Below are positions 39,414 through 50,500 of a stretch of 64,000 nucleotides of DNA, piece after piece. The DNA is from Guillardia theta CCMP2712 (Eukaryota > Protista > Cryptophyta). Position 1 is the first letter of the stretch. Each line of letters starts with the position of its first letter. The notes under the pieces were generated by a model, which ran no database searches, was not told where the DNA came from, and was given only the letters and a program-made list of their open reading frames with translations. The stretch covers positions 829,479 through 893,478 of the forward strand of contig NW_005434662.1 in the NCBI RefSeq assembly GCF_000315625.1, in the 5' to 3' direction. A program made the translations under genes and the position numbers.

Positions 39414-39780
39414 TTGTTCAAGAAAACATGGATAGGACTCCGGACGAGCATTCAGTCGGGTAGTGTTGTCTCGGACTTTGTGAAGGAGACATTGAATGGG
39501 TCAGCAGAGCAGCGCTTTCCTACGGTGACAGTGATGTCGTCGCAGTCACATGCGTACGATCCGTTGGAAACTGTCATCCGTCCGGAGGGACGAAATTGGG
39601 TGTAGGCTCAAGTTTCAAGAGTAGTGGATCGTTCTACATGCTTGACTTGCCGCATGCGGACATGATCCTCTCATGGGAGTGGATGCGGGCGAACAAAATC
39701 GTGATCGATGCGGGTCATCCCAGAGTCTTTGCCAAATGGCGCAAGAAAATGGTCGAGCTGGGGAACGTCCGAGAGGAAAC
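39414..39780 (+). pseudogene. degenerate Ty3/Gypsy-type aspartic protease fragment
   Basis: FYMLDLPHADMILSWEWMRANKIVID matches the retropepsin C-terminal motif (F.VL....DvILG.dWL..n..ID). No intact DSG and the frame is broken. Confidence 0.55.
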
Positions 39781-39782
39781 TC

Positions 39783-40030
39783 CCCTAGACGCGATACCCG
39801 GAAGCAGCCGACTGACCACTGTCAGTCAAGACGTCCGCCGCCGCCACAAAGCTGGCGGCCGCGGACGGAGAAAGGGCAGCCGCCGACAAGGAGCCGGCGC
39901 TGCCCGGGGGTCCGCCTGTGAGGGAGGCTGGGCACAGGAGCACGGTACCGCTCGAGGTGACGCATGTAGTCCTCTTCGCTAGCCTCCGAGTCAGCAGTAG
40001 CCGAGACCAACACCACCCGTGACGGCGGCG
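39783..40030 (-). mobile_element. diverged 3' fragment of the CRE-like retrotransposon
   Basis: Encodes ATADSEASEEDY..LERYRA..DSGQSAASGYRV-stop, as at 57050-57273. Confidence 0.85.
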
Positions 40031-40099
40031 ACGCCGCATCGATGCAGACGACGCATTGCTGGCTGCGATCTTATGATCAAATAGACTTGAGGAGAACAT

Positions 40100-41051
40100 G
40101 ATGACGGAGCCGCTAGTCGCTCCCCGTACACAACCCTGGGTCCTACAAGCGAATCGTCGGTGATGGCCCAGTAAGGGACTTTGCCGTAAGTCCAGACCAG
40201 CCACATGGTCACCCCGAACGCCCACACGTCGCTCTTCTCCGAGTACTGTCTTCTCTCGATGCTCTCCGGCACCATCAACCGCACGGGCCGAGCCGTTGCA
40301 AGGTGATCCTGCGGGTCGAGGCTGAACACAAGCACGTTCCTTGCTGCCAGGTCCCGATGCACAACCTCAAGCAGCGACAGCTGGTCCATCCCGTCACAGA
40401 TCTGCCTCGCCACCTGCAGCTGCACCAGCGGACTCATCGTCTCCTCCTCCTCAGCAAAGTTGGACAAGATCACATCGAGAGAGCCCTTGGAAGCAAACTC
40501 AGTCAACAGGCAGTAGTCGCCGGAAGCTGCTGGAAGATCTTGACCTCCTGCTCGAACTCCTCTCTCCTTCCAGTGGGTCCGCTGCCTAGGATTCGCTGGA
40601 TGGCAACCTCAGCGCTACTCCCCCGCGGCTGCAGCCACCGAGCCCTGTAGACGAGCTTGAAGGAGCCTGAGCCGATCTACTGCAGGTGCGTGAAGGACTT
40701 GAAGTCCAATGATGATATATGGCCAAGAAAAAAATCTTGCTGCTCTCTCTCTCTGGGCTGCTTCTCCTCCCTCGCTTTGCGCTCCTGGTCCTCCTGTTGC
40801 ACGCATCCTTTCGTCGATCCAGTGTATGGTAGAGACATGTACGGGCCGGAGATTTCTCTGGTATCAGGCTGGTAAGGAGTGCTCCAGACGGCAGTTCCAG
40901 TAAGAATCTCATTCGCCGGGTAAGTGCCGTGGGCAGTTCCAGGAGTCGTGTAGGTGCCGTAGACAATTTCAGGAGTTTTGCCGTAGATAATTTCAGGAGT
41001 CGCGACATAGTTCACGTTGGCAGTTCCAGGAGTCGTGTAGGTCCCAGTCAC
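40100..41051 (-). pseudogene. tyrosine-kinase pseudogene with Tyr-rich N-terminal repeats
   Basis: IGSGSF.LVY, VAIQ (invariant Lys lost), EFEQEV, HRDLAARNVLV, RPVRLMVPES, KSDVWAFGVTMW..GKVPY. In-frame stop at 40677; DFG segment missing. Confidence 0.8.
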
Positions 41052-41106
41052 ATAAGCATTAGCTACAGTACTGACCCGTTTCTCGCAATGTTCGCATGCA
41101 AACTGC

Positions 41107-41308
41107 CAATAGCATCCGTCAGTTCAAACGTCAATAGCATCCGTCAGTTCAAACGTCAATAGCATCCGTCAGTTCAAACGTCAATAGCATCCGTCAGTTC
41201 AAACGTCAATAGCATCCGTCAGTTCAAACGTCAATAGCATCCGTCAGTTCAAACGTCAATAGCATCCGTCAGTTCAAACGTCAATAGCATCCGTCAGTTC
41301 AAACGTCA
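41107..41308. repeat. 25-bp perfect tandem repeat, 8 copies (CAATAGCATCCGTCAGTTCAAACGT)
   Basis: Period 25 visible. Confidence 0.95.
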
Positions 41309-42402
41309 GGTTTATATGCATCACTCAAAACAATCATGCACCCTCTCATAGTTCATCCATCCTCGAGATTTGATGCACTGAGTCAACCAGTCAATACAAG
41401 CAAAACCATTACCCATGAACTGTTTGGAATTTGATTGACTTACATTCTGTGAGGTTTTCAATACAAGATTGAAGCCAGAACAATGTCAGATCAGGATGAA
41501 AGTATGTGACGATGTCAATTCTTACGCAGCACTATTAGATCCATTCGAGATGTTACCATTCGTTGAGCAAGACATACCAGAACAAGAAAGATCGAAGCCA
41601 GCATCCCTATGACTTGCCAGCCTCAGCACCCGCTGTCGCACTTGCCTCCCCAGCAGGTGACCGAGCAGCTGCAGGACCGAGCAGGCGAGCTGCCGGCCAT
41701 GGCGACCTCAACGCGCGCTGTCGGCAGGCTGAGGGGACGCGAGGGGAAGAGAGGTTGGGGGAAGAGAGGGGTGGGTGGTTGTGGCTGGAGGTGAGCCGGG
41801 CCCGGGGGAGGGTGGGGGTCATGAGAGAGAGTAGGGGAGGAAGTTAACGAGACGAGAGGGGAAGGGAGGGGTGGGAACGGACAAGGAGGGTTGGGGTGGA
41901 GGAGGAATGGGGGAAAGGGGTCCTTCACCCGCCAGGCCCGGGCCCTTGTAGTGCAGCCGGGAGGACAACGTGACCCTCAATGAGAAAGAGGGTTGAACTC
42001 TCGACCCCACCCCACCACCCCCTCCCGCCCCTTCCTCCTCCACCCCTCCCTCCCCCTGAGCCTCTCTGGTAGGATTATAGTTGGACCGTGGGGGAGGGGT
42101 GGGAGGGAGGGATAAAGGAGGGGTCCTGACAGAGCTCGGTAGGATAAGCAGAGGAAGAGGAGAGGATCGAGGGGAGGGAAACAGAAGGGAAGGGAGAAGG
42201 AAGGGAGAGGTCAGGTGATGTGAGGGAGAGACAAGGAAAGAGAAGCGATAGATAGAGAAAAGGGAAGGGAAGGGAAGGAGAGGAAGGAGGAAGGGAGGGA
42301 GAAGGGAAAGAGAGGAGGAAAGGGAGGAGGAAGGTAGGGCAAGGCTTGCTTAATATGTCTTCTCGATGGACAAGAGAGACGGACACATGGACAAAGAGAG
42401 GG

Positions 42403-42435
42403 CAGAGGAGCAGGAGCAGGAGGAGCAGGAGCAGG

Positions 42436-42491
<56 letters not shown>
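42403..42491. repeat. (GCAGGA)n microsatellite
   Basis: Hexamer run visible. Confidence 0.9.
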
Positions 42492-42492
<1 letters not shown>

Positions 42493-42750
42493 GGCATTTA
42501 ATCCCTTTCTGGTAATTAAAAAGTCCTTCATGAGGGGTAGGGTGTATAACCTTACCTTCGCGTGGAGAGGAGAAGAGAGGACAGGACAGGACAGGACAGG
42601 GGGAGGGAGCTGGAGAAGGAGGAGGGAGCAGGATGAGAAAGACAAGGAGAGGAGACAAAAAAAACATGACAAGTTGACGGCAGTGGCAGCTGCTGCACAC
42701 AACTACCGTGGAACCGGAGTTCCCACATGCTCCTGGTCGAGTGAGGATTC

Positions 42751-45700
42751 ATGACAAGGGCTTGGATGTCTCCCGATCAGATGATCACGAAGATGCTCAA
42801 GATCGTCATCCTTCTGCTCCTCTGTCCTCCCTTGCAATCAAGGGTACAACAGGCAGTCGGAGGTAGCAGCAGCACGTTCTCCAGGATCTTTCAGCTCCGG
42901 AGTCGCATACATCCGTGTAGAGGAGGAAACGACTGGCAGTCTGATAACGAGGAGAGCAGCTCAGGTGGAGGAAACGACTGGCAGTCTGATAACGAGGAGA
43001 GCAGCTCAGGTGATGGTTCTCCCTTTTCTCTCCCTTCTTTCCCTCCCTGCTCCCCTCATCTTATCGCATCAGGGGCGATGAGCAACGATTTGGAGTGGAA
43101 AGTGACGCGGCTCATGGAGATGGGAGCATCGAGGTCAATGGCAAAGGTCGCTGCAGAGCACTCCATCATATCATATTGACTCTTCACTGCAGAGGGCTGT
43201 CGCTCAGGATCCGCAAGGAGATGTCGAGGATGCCGTGAGGTGCTTGGAGTTGGCAGTGGTCTCAAGTGAGCTACGGCAGCAGATGGATCATCAGCAATCT
43301 CGACCAAGGAAACCAGTCAGTGACAGAACAAGTCCCGTCTCATGCTGTTGGACGAGCCAATGATTTGTTTTCTGTCTGCAGCAATCTTGACGACGATGCC
43401 AAAGATACAGCCAAAATTGCTTTCCCTGCTGTTCGTAATCCCTGGAAAGAATCTCGGACTTCATCGGAGCTCCTCGGAAGCTGTGCGTATTTGTTTCTGC
43501 CCTTGTGACTGTTCATCCTCCCTCTCTTCCTTCGCATCTCCCTTTGGATTGCTCCTCTCTGCTGCTTCGATAGCTTTCCTTCCTCCTCCTTCCTCGATCT
43601 CCTCCTCCTCCTCCTCCTCCTCCTCCCTCCTCCTCCTTCCTGCTTCTCCTCCCTCCTCCTCCTCCCTCCTCCTCCTCCATCCTGCTCCTCCTCCTCCCCC
43701 CTCCTCTTCCTCCTCCCTCCTCTTCCTCCCTCCCCTTCCTCCTCCTCCTTCTTCCTCCTCCTCCTCCTCCTCCTCCTCCTCCTTCCTCCTTCCTCCTTCC
43801 TCCTTCCTCCTTCCTCCTTCCTCCTCCCTTCTACTCCTCTTTCCTAATCCTCCACCACCTCCTCGTGGCTCCATTCTCCATACTTTACTCCTTTACTTCT
43901 CTTCTTTCTTATTCAAACTCCATGCTAATGCAAGCAGCCGTTGCAGCTCCCGATTGCTTTCACCGTCAGCCAAGTCTCCGTCCGTTTGTCTTCTCCTTCC
44001 TGTCTTCATCTAAGTGCTTGCAGCAGGTGTGGATCCTACAGCCAGTCCCTTCACGTTCGGTTTGCATCGCAGAGTGGAAAGGAGGAGATCGTCGAACAGA
44101 GAGCCTCAGAAGCGGACGAGTACGCTCATTGCAAGAATGAACGCGACATGTGTTTTCACCAAGAGCATGAGAGATGTCAATGTGCACTGGGGATTTGAAG
44201 TAGACATAGACATATTGAGAAATGTCTGCCAGGTGAGATGGGATGATATGATATCGAAGATTTCAGATGAACAATTGCTTCTTCGCAAACTCTAGGGTTT
44301 TGCGATGTTCTGATTGGATTTCAACTCCTGTTTCGTGTTGTAAACTACTTCATCCTCTTTAGAACGATTGACATTCTTGCAGATTTGCGAAGCTTATCAA
44401 CTTATAGGCTTCGTGGACGGACCAGTCGCCCGTTTTCTTTGCAAATTCATCCCATCGGTATCCTGGAGGAAGCGCTGTTGGGCGCGAGTGTACCTTCAAA
44501 AATTTCTTCAAGAAAACGAAAGTTTGCAAGGAGAGGATCCCAACGATGAGAAGGAGAGAAAGGAAGTGTGGCATTGCGACGTCAGACTATCAGGAGGCAG
44601 TAATGTTCGAGAGAGGGCGATCAAGGCCTTGAGACGGTCGGGACTACCTTTCACCATAGTGAATGCTACTCAAGAAATCTTTGACACCCCAATCGTGATC
44701 AATCGGACAGCTGGGACTGTACAAAACTCACAAGAATCGCTGGAGGGTATCATTGATGATTTGCAGAATATTACAAGCTCCTTCAATCTCTCGCTTGTCT
44801 GCATGGAAACATTGCGGACCCTCGGGCTACGAACCACTCTGTACGATTACCAGTTGCGAGGGATTAACTGGATGTTGAGTAGAGAATGTCAACAAGATGG
44901 GGATGGAGGAGAAGACGCAACCGTGAGCACTTGTACAAACGCATCACTGAACAAACAAGACTGCAAACTGATCGATAGCGATGGGAACAGGAACAACCTC
45001 CACAGCCAACTCAAACCTGACAACGTCAGCAATCGTTCTAGCACGGATGAATTCGTTCACTCAGCTCTCTGGAGGAAAGTGACGGCGTATGGAGGGATAT
45101 CTCACTACGAAAGCGTGATCGCAAAAGTCCGGAGGACCTCACGACCTGAACCTATCTTCGGTGGAATTCTCGCAGATGATATGGGATTGGGTGAGCTGCC
45201 TGTTGAAAAACTGTCCCCTTCAAATGATGTGATGCGGTTCAAACAGGCAAGACAATACAGGTTCTGTCTCTCATCCTATCCAACGATCCCGATCGCGCTC
45301 TCCGAGCTGACAAGGCTGAAAGTGGATGCAAGCGAGCAAAGACACTGATTGTCTGTCCGGTTTCTGTCTTGACCAGCTGGGACTCGCAGATCGAAAGGCA
45401 CATTGAGGATGGCAAGATGACCAAGATGGTACTCCACTCGAAATACCTGCAAAGAAGTTGCAACGTGTCCTCACGCAGTCTGTCTGATTACGATGTTGTT
45501 CTTACAAGCTATGAGACCTTGAGGAATCTCTATCAAAGATGGCTCTTGAATCGCAATGCAACACATGTCAAGAAGGACGGTGAGTTTGCATGTGGATCCT
45601 ATCATCTTTCATCACTCTTGTATTATACAGGACGACGATCTTCGAAACAAGACATCATCGGAAACCAGAACATCGACATGTTCGACATGAGATGGTGGCG

Positions 45701-47328
45701 AGTAATCCTCGATGAAGCGCATTGGATCAAGAACAGGAAAACAAGAAGTCATCGAGCTTGTCTGCAACTGACGGCAATTAACCGGTGGTGTTTGACAGCA
45801 ACGCCATTGCAGAATGATGTGGACGATATCCAGTCTCTCTTGCAGTTTCTTAGAGTGGAACCGCTCGACAAGTATTCTACCTGGCTGACATACGTCAAAA
45901 AGTGAAACCTCTTCTTTCCTCCTCCTCCTCCTCCTCCCTCCTCCTCTCACCTTTTCATTACGCTAATTCCGTTGGTTTTCCTTGACAGGCTCTTGAAGAC
46001 GCAGGGTTCCCTCGGCATCACGCGACTGCGGGTGGTGATGCAGGCATTCTGCTTGAGGCGATCCAAGGCTCTCCTCGCTTCTTCTCTTCCTCCTCTCTCC
46101 ATCCAGACTCACACTGTCCGTCTCCACGGCCATCACCTTGACATGTACAACTTGCTCTTCGAGTCCGCCAGCTCTGTCTTCTTTGCCCTCGACGAGCATG
46201 GAGGAGCAGCGGTCATGAGGAGGTACTCCTCAGTACTCGAGTGTATCCTCCGCCTCCGACAGACCTGCTGCTCCTCTCGCGGGGTCTCCCAGCAGAGGAT
46301 GGAGAGGGCAAGGTACGTGTTGAGGTATATGGAGAGGAAGAAAGCGCAGCAGGCAGGAGACGAGGAGAACGCGACGAAGCTGCTCACGCGGGAGGAGGCG
46401 GACAAGATGTTGGAGAAGCTTTCTGGCAAGGAGGAAACCATGGAATGTGTCGTCTGCCTGGATGACCTCGACGAGGAGACGAAGCGGGTAATTCGCTCCT
46501 GCTGTCACTGCTTCTGCGAGGACTGTGTCATGAAGCTCCTGCAACTTTCTTCCGGCGGAGACGCTGTCTGTCCCCTATGCCGCGGCAAATTTTCAAAGGG
46601 CGACGTGTTCTCGGTAGAGCAAACGCGGGAGGCTCAACAGAACCTTGCTCGCAACGCATCCGACGAGGACGAGGACGGGGAGAGGCAGACGGATCGGGTG
46701 CAAGCGGAAGAGGAGGAGCGGGAAGAGGAGGAACAGAGGCTGAACCCCAAGATTCATGCGCTTCTCCTCGATGTGCAGGAGGCTCTGCAAGCAGACAAGA
46801 CAGTCAAGTCTGTCGTGTTTTCCAACTTCCTCTCATGTTTGGATGAGACAGAAAGTGCCTTGATCGCTGCTGGCATCCCCGTCTTTCGTATCGATGGCAA
46901 GACCAGCATCGTCCAGCGCCGGCGGCTGATACAAGACTTCGACTCTTATCCTCAAGGCGCCCTGCTCCTCCTCAGCACCAAGGTCAGAATCCTTTCCATC
47001 TCCTTCCCCCTGCTCCCATCACCTCGCTCTGACCTCCAGCTAGGTGGGAGGCGTGGGGCTCTCGCTCACCATGGCGTCAAGAGCTTACATGATGGAACCA
47101 TGGTGGAACGCGGCAGTTGACGAGCAGGCCATGCATCGGCTCCACCGCATCGGGCAGACGCGCCCAGTCACCATCATCCGCTACATGTGCCAAGGGACCA
47201 TTGAGCAGAAGATCATGGAGATGCAGGAGAAGAAAGATTGGCTGGGGAAGGCGGCGATGATGAGGATGGCAGCCGACGAGCTGCTGGAAATGCGCCTGCG
47301 GCTGTTCAGGACGCTATTCCTGAGATAG
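42751..47328 (+). CDS. RAD5/RAD16-like SNF2 helicase with RING finger and N-terminal UBA-like domain, multi-exon
   Basis: LYDYQLRGINWM, GGILADDMGLGKT, LIVCPVS, DVVLTSYE, RVILDEAH, RWCLTATPLQN, RING CVVC..CCHCFCEDC..CPLCR, KSVVFS, GGVGLSL..MEPWWN..QAMHRLHRIGQ; VTRLMEMG is UBA-like. Confidence 0.92.
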
Positions 47329-47346
47329 AGTCAGGGATTTCGTGGC

Positions 47347-47450
47347 AGACGACTACTCGGTGAGAGACGACTACTCGGTGAGAGACGACTACTCGGTGAG
47401 AGACGATTACTCGGTGAGAGACGACTACTCGGTGGGAGACGACTACTCGG
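47347..47450. repeat. 18-bp tandem repeat, about 6 copies (AGACGACTACTCGGTGAG)
   Basis: Period 18, immediately after the SNF2 stop codon. Confidence 0.9.
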
Positions 47451-47580
47451 ATCTGATGTGAAATTTATTCTTATGTTCATTCTGCTTCCACCAGCCTCGG
47501 AAGTCCCTGGGCGTCGCCGACTTCTCCTCTCTCAAACAAGAGGCTGCTGGAATCCGGCGGCCTGCTTTTGAGGCCGGCGG

Positions 47581-50500
47581 CTGCTTTGTTTTGCTTGAGG
47601 CACTTTTTACCTTCTGCCAGTAAATCCTTTATTCGGCGGCCTCCTAAACCAATAAAACCTAAAACCCTAAACCAAGCGCGAAGGCAAGCATAACAAAGCA
47701 GGAACAAGCTAAACCCGCTTGCACACAGCGCACAGCGAGAAGCTGCACAAACACACACAAAACACAAGCCCGAAAAGAACCAGCACTGCTGGCAGCAGGA
47801 CGGATTTACTGGCAGAAGGTAAATGGCAACCGTCAGCAGACCCGGCATCGCCAGCCCAAGCGCGAAGCCGCGCAGACAAGCAGCCTAAGGGTCAAGCAAT
47901 CAAGCAACAAGCAGCAGGAGCATGCAGGAGGAATAACATCCCTTAGACGCGATACCCGGAGGCAGCCGACTGACCACTGTCAGTCGAGACGTCCGCTGCC
48001 GCCACAAAGCGGGCGGCCGCGGACGGAGAAAGGGCAGCCGCCGACAAGGAGCCGGCGTTGCCCGGGGGTCCGCCTGGGGCAGCGGACGGAGGGAGGCTGG
48101 ACACAGGAGCACGGTACCGCTCGAGGTAGTCCTCTTCGCTAGCCTCGGAGTCAGCGGTAGCCGAAACCAACACCGTGGTGTCGAGCTCTCCGGAGGCACC
48201 CGACGTCACAGTGAGGGACGGAGACGCCTCGCCAGCTCCGCGCCAAGGCGAAGTGTTTCCCCCATCGGAGTCGGAGACCTCCGGCGAAGACTCCTCCTCG
48301 GGCGACTCGACAAAGTCCGAGGAGGAGCTGTCCTCGGGCTCGAGAAGTGCTTGTGCCCGCAAGGGCGTCATGCGCCTCGCACCCGGAAACAAGAGCGCCT
48401 CCAGTGTCAGCTGCATAGTGAGGCAATCCGTATTCCAGAGGGGCTGATAGGTGGCGGCGCGTTTGCGAGCTAAGACCTGAGCAGCAGGTCCGTACGCGGC
48501 CGCCAGCTTTGCTGACAGTGGTCAGTCGGCTGCCTCCGGGTATCGCGTCTGAGGGATTTTCTTCCTCCTGCATGCTCCTGCTGCTTGTTGCTTGATTGCT
48601 TGACCCTTAGGCTGCTTGTCTGCGCGGCGGGCTTCGCGCTTGGGCTGGCGATGCCGCGTCTGGTCATCTTGCGGCCATGAGGATGGGAGGGTACCTGCCG
48701 TCGAGGGATTTTATTCCTCCTGCATGCTCCTGCTGCTTGTTGCTTGATTGCTTGACCCTTCGGCTGCTTGTCTGCGCGGCTTCGCGCTTGGGCTGGCGAT
48801 GCCGGGTCTGCTGACGGTTGCCAGCAGTGCTGGTTGTTTTCGGGCTTGTGTTTTGTGTGTGATTGTGCAGCTTCTCGCTGTGCGCTGTGTGCCAGGAGGG
48901 TTAGCTTGTTCCTGCTTTGTTTTGCTTGAGGCACTTTTTACCTTCTGCCAGTAAATCCTACTTTCGAGAACGAGAGTCCCCTCGAGCGTTCATCCCTCTT
49001 GCCATCTCGACGGACGGTACCCTGAGGCACTTTTTACCTACTGCCAGTAAATCCTACTCCATCTGCATCCTGACACCCTCCGCTTCNNNNNNNNNNNNNN
49101 NNNNNNNNNNNNNNNNNNNNNNNNNNNNNNNNNNNNNNNNNNNNNNNNNNNNNNNNNNNNNNNNNNNNNNNNNNNNNNNNNNNNNNNNNNNNNNNNNNNN
49201 NNNNNNNNNNNNNNNNNNNNNNNNNNNNNNNNNNNGACGCTGGAGGCGCTCTTGTCTGGTGCGAGGCGCATGACGCCCTTGCGGGCGCAAGCACTTCTCG
49301 AGCCAGAGGACAGCTCCTCCTCGGACTTTGTCGAGTCGCCCGAGGAGGAGTCTTCGCCGGAGGTCTCCGACTCCGATGGGGGAAACATCCAGAGTGGCGC
49401 CGACGATCGGCGCGGAGCTGGCGAGGCGTCTCCGTCCCTCACTGTGACGTCGGGTGCCTCCGGAGAGCTCGACACCACTGGGGTGCTTGCTGCTGGTCCG
49501 AGCTCGCCTGCTTCCTCCCCGGCATCAGTCGGGTCACGCCGGTCCTTGGGCATTGCTGCGGCGTCGCCGCCGCCGTCACGGGCGGCTACCGCTGACTCGG
49601 CTACCGCTGACTCGGCTACCGCTGACTCGGCTACCGCTGACTCGGAGGCTAGCGAGGAGGACTACCTCGAGCGGTACCGTGCTCCTGTGTCCAGCCTCCC
49701 TCCGTCCGCTGCCCCAGGCGGACCCCCGGGCAGCGCCGGCTCCTTGCAAGTTGTCGGCGGCTGCCCTTTCTCCGTCCGCGACCGCACAGTGGTCAGTCGG
49801 CTGCTTCCGGGTATCGCGTCTAAGGGATTTTCTTCCTCCTGCATGCTCCTGCTGCTTGTTGCTTGATTGCTTGACCCTTAGGCTGCTTGTCTGCGCGGCG
49901 GGCTTCGCGCTTGGGCTGGCGATGCCGCGTCTGGTCATCTTGCGGCCATGAGGATGGGAGGGTACCTGCCGTCGAGGGATTTTATTCCTCCTGCATGCTC
50001 CTGCTGCTTGTTGCTTGATTGCTTGACCCTTCGGCTGCTTGTCTGCGCGGCTTCGCGCTTGGGCTGGCGATGCCGGGTCTGCTGACGGTTGCCAGCAGTG
50101 CTGGTTGTTTTCGGGCTTGTGTTTTGTGTGTGTTTGTGCAGCTTCTCGCTGTGCGCTGTGTGCCAGGAGGGTGCTTGATTGCCTGACGCTTTGTTTTGCT
50201 TGAGGCACTTTTTACCTTCTGCCAGTAAATCCTATGCCTTCAAGTCCTCCTCGCTAGCCTCCGAGTCAGCGGTAGCCGAGTCAGCGGTAGCCGCCCGTGA
50301 CGGCGGCGACGCCGCGGCAATGCCCAAGGACCGGCGTGACCCGACCGATGCCGGGGAGGAAGCAGGCGAGCTCGGACCAGCAGCAAGCACCCCAGTGGTG
50401 TCGAGCTCTCCGGAGGCACCGACGTCACAGTGAGGGACGGAGACGCCTCGCCAGCTCCGCGCCGATCGTCGGGGCCACTCTTCCTCCTGCATGCTCCTGC

